From NCBI GenBank assembly GCA_039932495.1, contig JBDTPW010000002.1, positions 1 through 62,372 of the forward strand: a DNA stretch of 62,372 nucleotides, given 5' to 3'. A model generated the notes under the pieces. That model searched no databases. It was given only the letters and a program-made list of their open reading frames with translations, and was not told the DNA's origin. This document shows, one piece after another, positions 30,041 through 40,054 of this stretch. The position numbers and the translations under genes are program-made. Each line of letters starts with the position of its first letter. The first letter of the stretch is position 1. Source of the DNA: Ilumatobacteraceae bacterium. Its GTDB lineage: Bacteria; Actinomycetota; Acidimicrobiia; Acidimicrobiales; Ilumatobacteraceae.

Positions 30041-31176
30041 CCGCACAGCGTTGGGCGTGGGCGGACATTGATCTCGCCGCGTTGGAGCGCAATGTTCGAA
30101 CGCTTTGCACACATGTGCACCCTCAACAACTGTGGGCCGTAGTTAAGGCAAATGGATACGGACATGGCGCGGTTCCGGTAGCGACGACCGCCATCGACGG
30201 TGGCGCCAAGGGACTATGTGTCGCCATAGTAGACGAAGGAATTGAACTTCGGGATGCCCAAATAGACGTACCAATCTTGGTAATGAGTGAGCAGCCAAGT
30301 TCGCAACACTTGGCGATGATCGATCATCGACTAACGGCGACCCTGTACAACGCAGAAACCATTGCCCAGTTTGCCCATGTCGCGCGCGATCGCGGAGTAG
30401 TCACCAACGTTCATCTAAAGGTCGACACGGGGATGCACCGCGTTGGTGCATCTCTAGATAACGCAGTGAAGCTGGCACAACAAATAGAAGCCGAGCCTTC
30501 ATTGCGATTGGAAGGCGTGTATACCCATTTCGCCACCGCCGATCTGGATGGTCACCCCGCGACTTCACTTCAATACGAACGGTTCTTTCACATAGTTGAC
30601 CAACTGAAACAAATTGGAATCACTCCCGCGATGACTCACACCTCGAATTCGGCCGCGGCGATACGGCGGCTTGATACACGGTCGACGATCGCGCGTATCG
30701 GCATCGCGATGTACGGAATTGCGACAAATGCTGAAACGGATTCATTTGGGTCGCCATCAGAAGTGGCACTCGAGCCGGTGCTCTCGTTACGCGCACGGGT
30801 TTCACATGTGCGGTGGGTCGAGGCCGGAGAAGGAGTTTCATACGGCTTGAAACGTCCGCTGGCCGCGCGAACCTGCATTGCCACGCTGCCCATTGGCTAC
30901 GCGGATGGCGTTCCTCGCCAGTTGTGGGCGGCAGGTGAGGTGCTGATCGCCGGTCGGCGTCGACGCATTGCCGGAGTCGTGACGATGGATCAGATGATGA
31001 TCGACTGCGGTCAAGAGGAAATCGCGATTGGCGCTGAGGCTGTGCTTATCGGACGGCAAGGTGCGGAGCACATTTCGGCAAACGAAATTGCCCGTCATGT
31101 CGATTCGATTGGTTACGACATCGTGTGCGGAATCAGCGCTCGTGTACCGCGCAACTATGTTCGATCGGCGCATTAA
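30037..31176 (+). CDS. alr: Alanine racemase
   Basis: The PLP-Lys motif VVKANGYGHG. 379 aa. ATGA overlap with acpS. Confidence 0.93.
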   Translation: MTAQRWAWADIDLAALERNVRTLCTHVHPQQLWAVVKANGYGHGAVPVATTAIDGGAKGLCVAIVDEGIELRDAQIDVPILVMSEQPSSQHLAMIDHRLTATLYNAETIAQFAHVARDRGVVTNVHLKVDTGMHRVGASLDNAVKLAQQIEAEPSLRLEGVYTHFATADLDGHPATSLQYERFFHIVDQLKQIGITPAMTHTSNSAAAIRRLDTRSTIARIGIAMYGIATNAETDSFGSPSEVALEPVLSLRARVSHVRWVEAGEGVSYGLKRPLAARTCIATLPIGYADGVPRQLWAAGEVLIAGRRRRIAGVVTMDQMMIDCGQEEIAIGAEAVLIGRQGAEHISANEIARHVDSIGYDIVCGISARVPRNYVRSAH

Positions 31177-31671
31177 ATGACGTCGATCTATCTCCATTCC
31201 CGCGAACCCTCCGAGACGCGCCAGATAGCCGGTGCCGTAGCCAAACTTGTTCGCCCAAGCGATCAGATCGTGCTCGCCGGTGAATTGGGCTCGGGCAAGA
31301 CGCTGTTCACGAAAGCATTTGGTCAAGAACTGGGAGTCAGCGAACCAATTACCTCACCTACGTTCAATCTTGTGCACAGTTATGTAGGTGGTCGACTTCC
31401 GCTTCATCACGCGGATCTCTATCGCCTCGACCGCACGGGAGAGTTGGCCGAACTTGGGCTAGATGAACTAGCGGTTCAGGGTGGAATTGTCATTGTCGAA
31501 TGGGGTGACGTAGCCGGTGAGGCGCTCGGCGAAGCCTTGATTGTGTCGATCAATTATTCGGCTGCGGCTTCGGCTGAAGAACGAACCTTTGAAGTCAAAT
31601 CTCGTGGCGGGCAGTGGACCACAAGATGGTCAAAATTAGTTGCCGCACTTGAGCCCTGGGCGAAGAAATGA
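31177..31671 (+). CDS. tsaE: tRNA t6A37 biosynthesis ATPase TsaE
   Basis: Walker A LAGELGSGKTLFTK, SPTFNLVH..Y and HHADLYRL. Confidence 0.9.
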   Translation: MTSIYLHSREPSETRQIAGAVAKLVRPSDQIVLAGELGSGKTLFTKAFGQELGVSEPITSPTFNLVHSYVGGRLPLHHADLYRLDRTGELAELGLDELAVQGGIVIVEWGDVAGEALGEALIVSINYSAAASAEERTFEVKSRGGQWTTRWSKLVAALEPWAKK

Positions 31672-32381
31672 TCATCCTGGCGATCGACACCGCGACGGAC
31701 TCTGTGAGCGTTGCTGTAGGCGACGGAACTCGTGTGTTGGCCAGCAGCGAGGTGGTCAGCGATCGACAACATTGCGAGGCGTTGACTCCGATGATTTCAT
31801 TTGTTTGCCAACAGGCGGACGTTGGTTTTGCCGAACTTGGGGCGATTGCCGTTGACATCGGCCCAGGTCTATTCACGGGCATGCGGGTGGGAATTGCTTC
31901 GGCCAAGGCCATTGCGTTCAGCCTCGATCTGCCGATAATCGGAATGTGCTCACTCGATGTGCTGGCTGCCGCGGCCACGGCTACAGACTCGGTTGTTGTC
32001 TCGGTCATAGATGCGCGGCGCCACGAGGTCTATTGGTCGATGCATCGGAACATTGGCACTGAACTCACTCAGGTTCTCAAGCCGACCGTTGGCCCTGTCG
32101 CCGAATTAGTCATGGATGTTGTCGAACGTTCGCAGCCGGCGCTCTTCGTCGGCAACGGCGCACTGCGCTATCAAATTGAAATTGTCGAGTCTCTTGAGAA
32201 CTCAAACCTTGCAATCGAATTTGCCGATCTGCGATTGTCGCGACCAAGCGCATCAACCATTGTGTCGATGGCTCATCGTCTGGCCGTTAACGAACAGTGG
32301 CAGACCGCCGATCAGCTGACGCCGCTGTATCTTCGTCAACCGGACGCACAGATCAATTGGTCGATGAGGAGTGCGTCGTGA
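31668..32381 (+). CDS. tsaB: tRNA t6A37 biosynthesis protein TsaB
   Basis: ILAIDTATDSVSVAV...GPGLFTGMRVGIASAKA.A. ATGA overlap with tsaE. Confidence 0.9.
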   Translation: MIILAIDTATDSVSVAVGDGTRVLASSEVVSDRQHCEALTPMISFVCQQADVGFAELGAIAVDIGPGLFTGMRVGIASAKAIAFSLDLPIIGMCSLDVLAAAATATDSVVVSVIDARRHEVYWSMHRNIGTELTQVLKPTVGPVAELVMDVVERSQPALFVGNGALRYQIEIVESLENSNLAIEFADLRLSRPSASTIVSMAHRLAVNEQWQTADQLTPLYLRQPDAQINWSMRSAS

Positions 32382-32941
32382 GCATCCTTGATCGATTGTT
32401 GGGTCGCTCTGTAAACCCAGTTACGAGCATCGATGGTGCGCCACATTTAGTCATTTCCCTCCTGCAGCGTCGACACATTCGCGACGTAATGTCGATTGAG
32501 CAACGGGTGTATCCACGACCGTGGTCGGCAAAAGTTTTCGAAGAGGAAATTGCGATGATGAATCAGAAGCATCGCTACTACCTCGTCGCCCATGTAGGTG
32601 CAGAATTAGTCGGCTATGGAGGATTGTTATTTGCAGCCGATGACGCTCACATCACCAATCTCGCCGTGAGTCCCGAGTGGCATCATCGCGGCGTGGCCAC
32701 CGAGCTTCTCCTTGAGTTGGCTTGGGTGGCACGCGCACGCAAATTCAAGGCGCTCACGCTTGAGGTTCGCCACACGAACGAGGCGGCTCAGGAACTGTAC
32801 CGACGATTTGGTTTTGCCCCGGCAGGCGTGCGCAAGAAGTATTACGAAAACACTGACGACGCCATCGTCATGTGGTGCCAGAATATCCAAAGCGACGAGT
32901 TTGCCTGGCGGCTAAGTGCAATCGAAGGCACACGAACATGA
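32378..32941 (+). CDS. rimI: Ribosomal-protein-alanine N-acetyltransferase (GNAT)
   Basis: GTG at 32378 (GTGA overlap with the tsaB stop). The GNAT motif is HHRGVATELLLEL...LEVRHTNEAAQELYRRFGF. The start is less certain. Confidence 0.85.
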   Translation: MSILDRLLGRSVNPVTSIDGAPHLVISLLQRRHIRDVMSIEQRVYPRPWSAKVFEEEIAMMNQKHRYYLVAHVGAELVGYGGLLFAADDAHITNLAVSPEWHHRGVATELLLELAWVARARKFKALTLEVRHTNEAAQELYRRFGFAPAGVRKKYYENTDDAIVMWCQNIQSDEFAWRLSAIEGTRT

Positions 32942-33948
32942 TTGTTGACGAGACAACCGTCGTGCTGGGAATCGAAACGAGTTGCGACGAAACCGCGGCG
33001 GCCGTGGTCATGGGCGGCAACGATGTGTTGTCGTCCGTCGTTTCGTCACAATTGGAGATCCATGCTCGATTTGGTGGGGTAGTTCCAGAGATCGCCAGCC
33101 GGGCCCATGTTGAGGCTTTGACCCCAGTCATCGCCAGGGCCATCGACAAATCTGGTGTCCCGATCGAGCGAATCGACGCAATCGCGGCAACCGTTGGACC
33201 CGGACTCATTGGAGCCTTGCTCGTCGGCGTGTCGGCGGGAAAAGCGATGGCCCTCGCTTTGAACAAACCATTTGTCGGCGTCAACCACCTCGAAGCACAC
33301 TTGTACGCCGCATTGCTCGACGATTCTTCGGTCGAGTTCCCAATGCTTGTTGTGCTTGTATCCGGCGGCAATACCTTGTTTGTCGACATGCGCGGGCATG
33401 GCGATTACAGCATCATCGGACAGACAATCGACGACGCGGCCGGAGAAGCCTTTGACAAGGTGGCCCGATTCCTTGGGCTCGGCTATCCGGGTGGACCGGC
33501 AATTGATGCGCTCGCTCGCAGTGGCTCCGCCACCGCTATCGAATTTCCCCGTGCGATGTTGCACGACGGTTTGGACGTATCGTTCAGCGGTCTCAAAACG
33601 GCGGTGATCAACCACGTGCGCAAACATCCGTCGGTATCGACGGCCGATGTGGCCGCTTCGTTTCAAGCGGCCAGCGTCGAGGTGTTGGTGACTAAAGCGC
33701 AACGAGCGGCGAAACAAATCGGGGCCAAGACAGTTGCAATAGGGGGAGGCGTGGCGGCCAACTCTCTATTGCGTCACGAGATGACGACCATGTGCGAAAC
33801 CGAGCAGGTGCACTTAGTGTTACCGAGTATGTCGATGTGCACCGATAACGCGGCGATGATTGCATCGGCGGGCTGGTTTCGCCTACGCAAAGATGGGCCA
33901 AACTCATTGAGCACCGGTGCCAATCCAAATCTCAAACTGGCCGGCTAA
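32938..33948 (+). CDS. tsaD: tRNA N6-adenosine threonylcarbamoyltransferase
   Basis: The ATG at 32938 (ATGA overlap with rimI) gives MIVDETTVVLGIETSCDETAAAV...VNHLEAHL...GGVAAN. Confidence 0.94.
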   Translation: MIVDETTVVLGIETSCDETAAAVVMGGNDVLSSVVSSQLEIHARFGGVVPEIASRAHVEALTPVIARAIDKSGVPIERIDAIAATVGPGLIGALLVGVSAGKAMALALNKPFVGVNHLEAHLYAALLDDSSVEFPMLVVLVSGGNTLFVDMRGHGDYSIIGQTIDDAAGEAFDKVARFLGLGYPGGPAIDALARSGSATAIEFPRAMLHDGLDVSFSGLKTAVINHVRKHPSVSTADVAASFQAASVEVLVTKAQRAAKQIGAKTVAIGGGVAANSLLRHEMTTMCETEQVHLVLPSMSMCTDNAAMIASAGWFRLRKDGPNSLSTGANPNLKLAG

Positions 33949-35084
33949 TGGCGCTCCCCCCGCTGCAATTGGGAAAGCATTCCGTTTGGCCACCAGTCGT
34001 CTTAGCTCCGATGGCCGGCGTGACCAATGCGCCATTTCGTTCGCTGTGCCGAGGGTTTGGGCCGGACCTCATCTATGTGAACGAAATGTTGATGGCCACT
34101 GGTCTTGTCAATGGCAGTCGCAAGACCGACACGATGTTGAAGTTCGGGCCCGATGAGACATTTCGAAGTTTGCAACTGTACGGCAGTGATCCAGCGATGC
34201 TTTCCCGAGCGGTTCACAAACTTGGCATGGCAGAGGCGGTGGACCACATCGACCTCAATTTCGGTTGCCCTGCGGCAAAGGTGACACGCCGTGGCGGGGG
34301 AGCCGCAGTGCCTCTGAAACGAAACCTGCTTCGCGCGCTCGTTACCGCCGCAGTCGAAGCAGGAAAAAATTATGGAATCCCCGTGACGTGCAAGTTTCGG
34401 ATGGGGATTTCCGACGATCTGCTCACCTACATCGAAACGGGAATCATCTGCGAGCAATCCGGTGCCGTTGCCATCGCGCTGCACGCACGCACCGCACAGC
34501 AGCATTATGCGCCGAGTGCACATTGGGAGGCAATTGCCGAACTCAAGCAGGCCGTCCAAAGTATTCCGGTGCTTGGCAATGGCGACATTTGGGAAGCGGC
34601 CGACGCAGTGAAGATGGTCGAGCAGACCAATTGTGACGGAGTAGTAATTGGCCGCGGATGTTTAGGTCGCCCGTGGCTGTTTCGTGATCTCATCGATGCG
34701 TTCAGCGGCAGACCGATCAGTCCAAGTCCGCTGCTTGGTCAGGTGTTACCGATCATGATCGAACACGCCACGGCCCTATGCGACCACTTTGATGGCGACC
34801 GAGGAATTCGTGACTTTCGCAAGCACACCGGTTGGTACTTAACCGGATATCCGGTTGGCGGTGAAGTCCGTCGAAAGTTCAGCGAGGTGTCATCGCTAGA
34901 TCAACTACGCATGTTGGCCGATTCGCTCGACCCCTCTATCGCAATTGTGCCCGGCGGCGAACGAATCGCCCGCGGCCATACCAATGGCCCGATCAAAGTC
35001 GTCTTGCCGGAAGGATATGTAGCCGACCGCGATGATATGTCGATACCCGATGATGCCGATGTTTTGCAATTGAGCGGCGGCTGA
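33948..35084 (+). CDS. dus: tRNA-dihydrouridine synthase
   Basis: VVLAPMAGVTNAPFRSLCR...DLNFGCPA.KV...GNGDI. TAATG overlap with tsaD. Confidence 0.9.
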   Translation: MALPPLQLGKHSVWPPVVLAPMAGVTNAPFRSLCRGFGPDLIYVNEMLMATGLVNGSRKTDTMLKFGPDETFRSLQLYGSDPAMLSRAVHKLGMAEAVDHIDLNFGCPAAKVTRRGGGAAVPLKRNLLRALVTAAVEAGKNYGIPVTCKFRMGISDDLLTYIETGIICEQSGAVAIALHARTAQQHYAPSAHWEAIAELKQAVQSIPVLGNGDIWEAADAVKMVEQTNCDGVVIGRGCLGRPWLFRDLIDAFSGRPISPSPLLGQVLPIMIEHATALCDHFDGDRGIRDFRKHTGWYLTGYPVGGEVRRKFSEVSSLDQLRMLADSLDPSIAIVPGGERIARGHTNGPIKVVLPEGYVADRDDMSIPDDADVLQLSGG

Positions 35085-35704
35085 TGGGCGACTCATCACA
35101 GGTAATCGTCCTTGCCTCCCGATCACCGCGACGTGTTGAACTGCTCACTGAATTTCTGGCCCCGCTGCAACTGACATTTGAGACTGTTCCGGCGGACATC
35201 GACGAAACGCCACTTCGCGGCGAAACGCCCGAAGACTATGTACGACGTTGTGCGGTCGAAAAATCATCCGTAGTCGCCAAGCGATTGCACGACGCAAATC
35301 TGTCTGCGGATGTTGTAGTAATTGGTGCCGACACAACGGTCGATGTCGGCGGTCAAATTTTTGGTCAGCCAAATGACGTCGCTGACGCCGCCGACATGTT
35401 GCGTCAACTATCCGGCCGCAGTCACAGAGTGTGGACCGCGGTGAGCATCCGCCGCGGCAACCGGCATAAAGATGGCATCGACAGAGCGATGGTCACGATG
35501 GTGCCGATAACCGAAGAATTGCTCACCTGGTACCTGAACACGGGAGAATCACTTGGCAAAGCCGGTGCCTACGCCGCTCAGGGTGAGGGCAGGCGGCTGG
35601 TGGATCGAATCGATGGAAACCTGGAAACGGTGATCGGCCTGCCCCTTGGATTGGTCCGTGATCTTGCCTCCAGCGTGGGCGCTAGTTGGAATTTGGGCCG
35701 CTAG
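35084..35704 (+). CDS. maf: Maf-like nucleoside triphosphate pyrophosphatase
   Basis: VLASRSPRRVELL...GADTTV...GKAGAYAAQG. TGATG overlap with dus. Confidence 0.9.
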   Translation: MGDSSQVIVLASRSPRRVELLTEFLAPLQLTFETVPADIDETPLRGETPEDYVRRCAVEKSSVVAKRLHDANLSADVVVIGADTTVDVGGQIFGQPNDVADAADMLRQLSGRSHRVWTAVSIRRGNRHKDGIDRAMVTMVPITEELLTWYLNTGESLGKAGAYAAQGEGRRLVDRIDGNLETVIGLPLGLVRDLASSVGASWNLGR

Positions 35705-35715
35705 GACCGTATCAT
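35686..35715 (+). promoter_or_regulatory. Candidate groESL promoter (TTGGAA-N18-TATCAT) abutting CIRCE
   Basis: Hexamers were read directly. The -10 element ends where CIRCE starts, which is the usual arrangement for HrcA-controlled promoters. Confidence 0.4.
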
Positions 35716-35741
35716 TAGCACTCGCACTCGTAGAGTGCTAA
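35715..35741 (+). promoter_or_regulatory. CIRCE operator (HrcA binding site)
   Basis: TTAGCACTC-gcactcgta-GAGTGCTAA is a perfect match to the consensus TTAGCACTC-N9-GAGTGCTAA. It lies 76 nt upstream of groES. Confidence 0.95.
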
Positions 35742-35816
35742 CAGCAAAAATCAAGCCACAATCGCTCACAAAACCGCGTGAACCAACGGTTCACTCTCGA
35801 TGAAGGACTTCAACAT

Positions 35817-36110
35817 ATGAAACTCAAGCCCCTAGACGACCGCATTGTTGTCAAGCCAAATGACGCCGAAGAGCGAACCGCATCCGGCCTCGTCATACCC
35901 GACACGGCGCAGGAAAAGCCACAGCAGGGCACCGTTGTTGCAGTTGGACCAGGTCGTTGGAGCGATGACACAGGCAAGCACTCACCGTTGGACATCAAAG
36001 TTGGAGACACCGTGTTGTACTCAAAGTACGGCGGAACCGAAGTGACCCACGAGGGCGATGATTTGCTCATTCTCACCAGCCGAGACGTGCTCGCAATCGT
36101 CGGCAAATAA
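35817..36110 (+). CDS. groES: Co-chaperonin GroES
   Basis: The ATG at 35817 (GAAGGA upstream) gives [14 protein letters not shown]...[23 protein letters not shown]. Confidence 0.97.
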   Translation: MKLKPLDDRIVVKPNDAEERTASGLVIPDTAQEKPQQGTVVAVGPGRWSDDTGKHSPLDIKVGDTVLYSKYGGTEVTHEGDDLLILTSRDVLAIVGK

Positions 36111-36140
36111 TTTTCACTATTCGTCCGCAATTCTTAATAG

Positions 36141-37790
<1,650 letters not shown>

Positions 37791-37825
37791 CAACCGCTCC
37801 TTCGCGGCCAATACAGTCATACCTC

Positions 37826-38176
37826 ATGTCAACACAAGGCCGAGGCTTCTGGCTCCATCAACTAGTCGAATACGCGATCGCAATCTTGTTGATCGTTATG
37901 TCGGCGCAAATGAGCGAACCACTTGTACCCGTTCTCTTTGGCGTTGCCCTTCTCGTCAACTCCGCGCTGTCCGACGGGACGATGAGCGCTTACAGGTTGT
38001 GGACTCGGCGTGTGCATCGCCTGATCGATTGGGCGATCATCGTGGGGAGTCTCGCCGCGGCAGTGCTCCTTGATCTCGGTGCGACTGGTCGACTTGCGTT
38101 GGTGGCACTCGGTCTTGTGCTCGCCGTGATCAGTTTTGGTACGAACTTCGCCAAGCGTGGTGCGGACGGTCAGTAG
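37826..38176 (+). CDS. Small integral membrane protein of unknown function
   Basis: The ATG at 37826 gives 116 aa with 3-4 hydrophobic helices (YAIAILLIVM, LVPVLFGVALLV, WAIIVGSLAAAVLL, LALVALGLVLAVI). I recognised no motif. Confidence 0.6.
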   Translation: MSTQGRGFWLHQLVEYAIAILLIVMSAQMSEPLVPVLFGVALLVNSALSDGTMSAYRLWTRRVHRLIDWAIIVGSLAAAVLLDLGATGRLALVALGLVLAVISFGTNFAKRGADGQ

Positions 38177-38185
38177 AATGATGAC

Positions 38186-38353
38186 ATGGGTTTTGATCAG
38201 CCGGCGCCGGACATGGAAAAAATTCATCTCGCCTGGCAAACGTGGGAGCGCGGCGAGGAACAGCCTGGCAAGACTCTGGCGACGATGAAGACGGCAGGGT
38301 TCGCCGAAGTGATCAAAGAATTGATTGACAGCGGCTGGAAACCTTCCGCATAG
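38186..38353 (+). CDS. Possible 55-aa soluble protein (shorter than any ORF listed in the supplied track)
   Basis: My own translation is MGFDQPAPDMEKIHLAWQTWERGEEQPGKTLATMKTAGFAEVIKELIDSGWKPSA. It fills an otherwise empty 197-nt gap in a very compact region, and its codon usage resembles the neighbours. Confidence 0.4.
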   Translation: MGFDQPAPDMEKIHLAWQTWERGEEQPGKTLATMKTAGFAEVIKELIDSGWKPSA

Positions 38354-38373
38354 AGGCAGACAACAATTCGATC

Positions 38374-39057
38374 ATGGGGCACAATGTTCCAGGTCGGCGT
38401 ATTGGTGGCGATCAGGTCATTAACCGACCCGCACAATTTCGACCGGGTGTAGAAAACCGATGGGGCAACATCGACGCCTCGGCACTGAGTTCGCTAGATC
38501 GAGTCACCAGCAAGGTTGTGGTCCACGCCGCAACGCTGACACACATTCCTCCGCCACTGGATGCCAAGGCCTCGGCGGTTTTGATCGCTCTGTTTCAGGG
38601 AACGCGCGGTGTCGAGGTTGTCCTCACCCGTCGGTCGCAGCAGTTGAGAAACCACAGGGGAGAGATCTCGTTTCCCGGCGGACGTATTGACGGCGATGAG
38701 CTTGCCGTTGATACCGCCTTGCGAGAGGCCGAGGAAGAAATTGATTTGGCTCGCGCCGACGTCGAAATCATTGGCCAACTGAGCGCCGCGGGAACGATTG
38801 TGAGCAACAGTCACATCGTTCCAATCGTCGCGCGTCTTCATAGCAAACCATCACTTTTCGCGCGCAATGCAGAGGTCGATCGAGTGTTTAGCGTTCCACT
38901 CATTGACTTGATTCGACCGGACACCTACGCGGAGGAATTCTGGGAAGGGCCGGGTGGCGAGCACTGCATCCACTTTTTCCATTTAGACGACGAGACCATT
39001 TGGGGTGTCACGGCAAGAATGCTGTTTCAGCTCCTGTCGGTTGCCCTCGACATCTGA
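38374..39057 (+). CDS. Nudix hydrolase, CoA pyrophosphatase type
   Basis: The Nudix box is GGRIDGDELAVDTALREAEEEIDL. It is preceded by VVLTRRSQQLRNHRGEISFPGG, which fits the CoA-Nudix signature LLTxR[SA]x3Rx3Gx3FPGG. Confidence 0.85.
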   Translation: MGHNVPGRRIGGDQVINRPAQFRPGVENRWGNIDASALSSLDRVTSKVVVHAATLTHIPPPLDAKASAVLIALFQGTRGVEVVLTRRSQQLRNHRGEISFPGGRIDGDELAVDTALREAEEEIDLARADVEIIGQLSAAGTIVSNSHIVPIVARLHSKPSLFARNAEVDRVFSVPLIDLIRPDTYAEEFWEGPGGEHCIHFFHLDDETIWGVTARMLFQLLSVALDI

Positions 39058-39066
39058 CATCTCGCG

Positions 39067-39522
39067 TTACGGGCCGCCTCCGGCTCGGACGGCTGCGTAG
39101 AAAATCTCTGCCCAGGCGGCACAGCGCACCTTGAAGGTGCGGATTTTTGGACCGCACAGCGTGTACATGTCTTGACGAAATTGTTCGTCTAGGCGCAGAC
39201 GCGATTCGGTGGAAAACAATCCATGTGCCTTGTAGTTGCGATAGCCAAAGTCGTGACGGATACACGCATTGCGAAAATTGAAGGATCGCCCAGATTCACC
39301 GACGATAGGGGCCGAGCAACCGTCGGTTGTCCAGATCAATTGGGGATACGTTCGTCGCAAAATTGAGCGCTGTCGAATAAATGTGTCGAGTTCGAGATTG
39401 AAGATCACGGTTTCGATGGTTGCCACGTCGTTGGATGCTTGTGGTGGCGATGTCTCGAGAACCGAACCGCTGAAGGTAATCGTGCCCGCGACTGCGACGA
39501 GCATGCCAACGACAATGCCCAC
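39067..39522 (-). CDS. Secreted prokaryotic/fungal-type phospholipase A2
   Basis: GTG start with AGGAGG upstream, then an N-terminal hydrophobic anchor or signal. DGCSAP...FRNACIRHDFGYRNYKAHGLF...DEQFRQDMYTLC...FYAAV closely mirrors the Streptomyces violaceoruber PLA2 active-site region (C.RHDFGYRNYKA.G.F). Confidence 0.85.
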   Translation of the reverse strand: MGIVVGMLVAVAGTITFSGSVLETSPPQASNDVATIETVIFNLELDTFIRQRSILRRTYPQLIWTTDGCSAPIVGESGRSFNFRNACIRHDFGYRNYKAHGLFSTESRLRLDEQFRQDMYTLCGPKIRTFKVRCAAWAEIFYAAVRAGGGP

Positions 39523-39580
39523 TGAACCCGCCTCCTACGCATCAACGACCCATTCGTTGCTGCGCAGATGTGTGCGGGAC

Positions 39581-40054
39581 TTAATGCTTGTGGCGAATTC
39601 CGTTCAGAGTGTTGACCATCTCGACTGCACCAATGGCCGCTTCCTCACCCTTGTTGCCGGCATCGGGGCCTGAACGGGCAACGGCTTGCTCGACATTTTC
39701 TGTGGTCAGCACGGCGAATCCGATCGGGATGCCGGTTTCCAACTGAATCCTGGCCACGCCATCGGCACACGGCCCGGCCACATATTCAAAGTGCGCGGTT
39801 TCGCCGCGAATGACTGCCCCGAGTGCGACCAACGCGTCGTAATGTCCACTAAGCGCCATCGTTCGAGCGGCGAGCGGTATTTCGTACGCGCCGGGGACCC
39901 ACACGACATCGATGCTCCCTTCGCTGACTCCACATTTTCGAAGACCCCTCTTGGCCCCGTCCAATAATCCGGTGACGATGAATTCATTGAAACGCGAGCA
40001 CACAATTCCGACCCATAGCGTGGAACCATTTGGCGCAGCATCGATTGAGGTCAC
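39581..40054 (-). CDS. ribH: 6,7-dimethyl-8-ribityllumazine synthase
   Basis: [14 protein letters not shown].....G......[13 protein letters not shown]...[15 protein letters not shown]. Confidence 0.95.
   Translation of the reverse strand: MTSIDAAPNGSTLWVGIVCSRFNEFIVTGLLDGAKRGLRKCGVSEGSIDVVWVPGAYEIPLAARTMALSGHYDALVALGAVIRGETAHFEYVAGPCADGVARIQLETGIPIGFAVLTTENVEQAVARSGPDAGNKGEEAAIGAVEMVNTLNGIRHKH

Noticed and set aside
35778-35794. The palindrome upstream of groES as a HAIR (HspR) operator.
   Set aside because: GTGAACC-N3-GGTTCAC does not match CTTGAGT-N7-ACTCAAG. It is kept only as an unexplained repeat in the findings.
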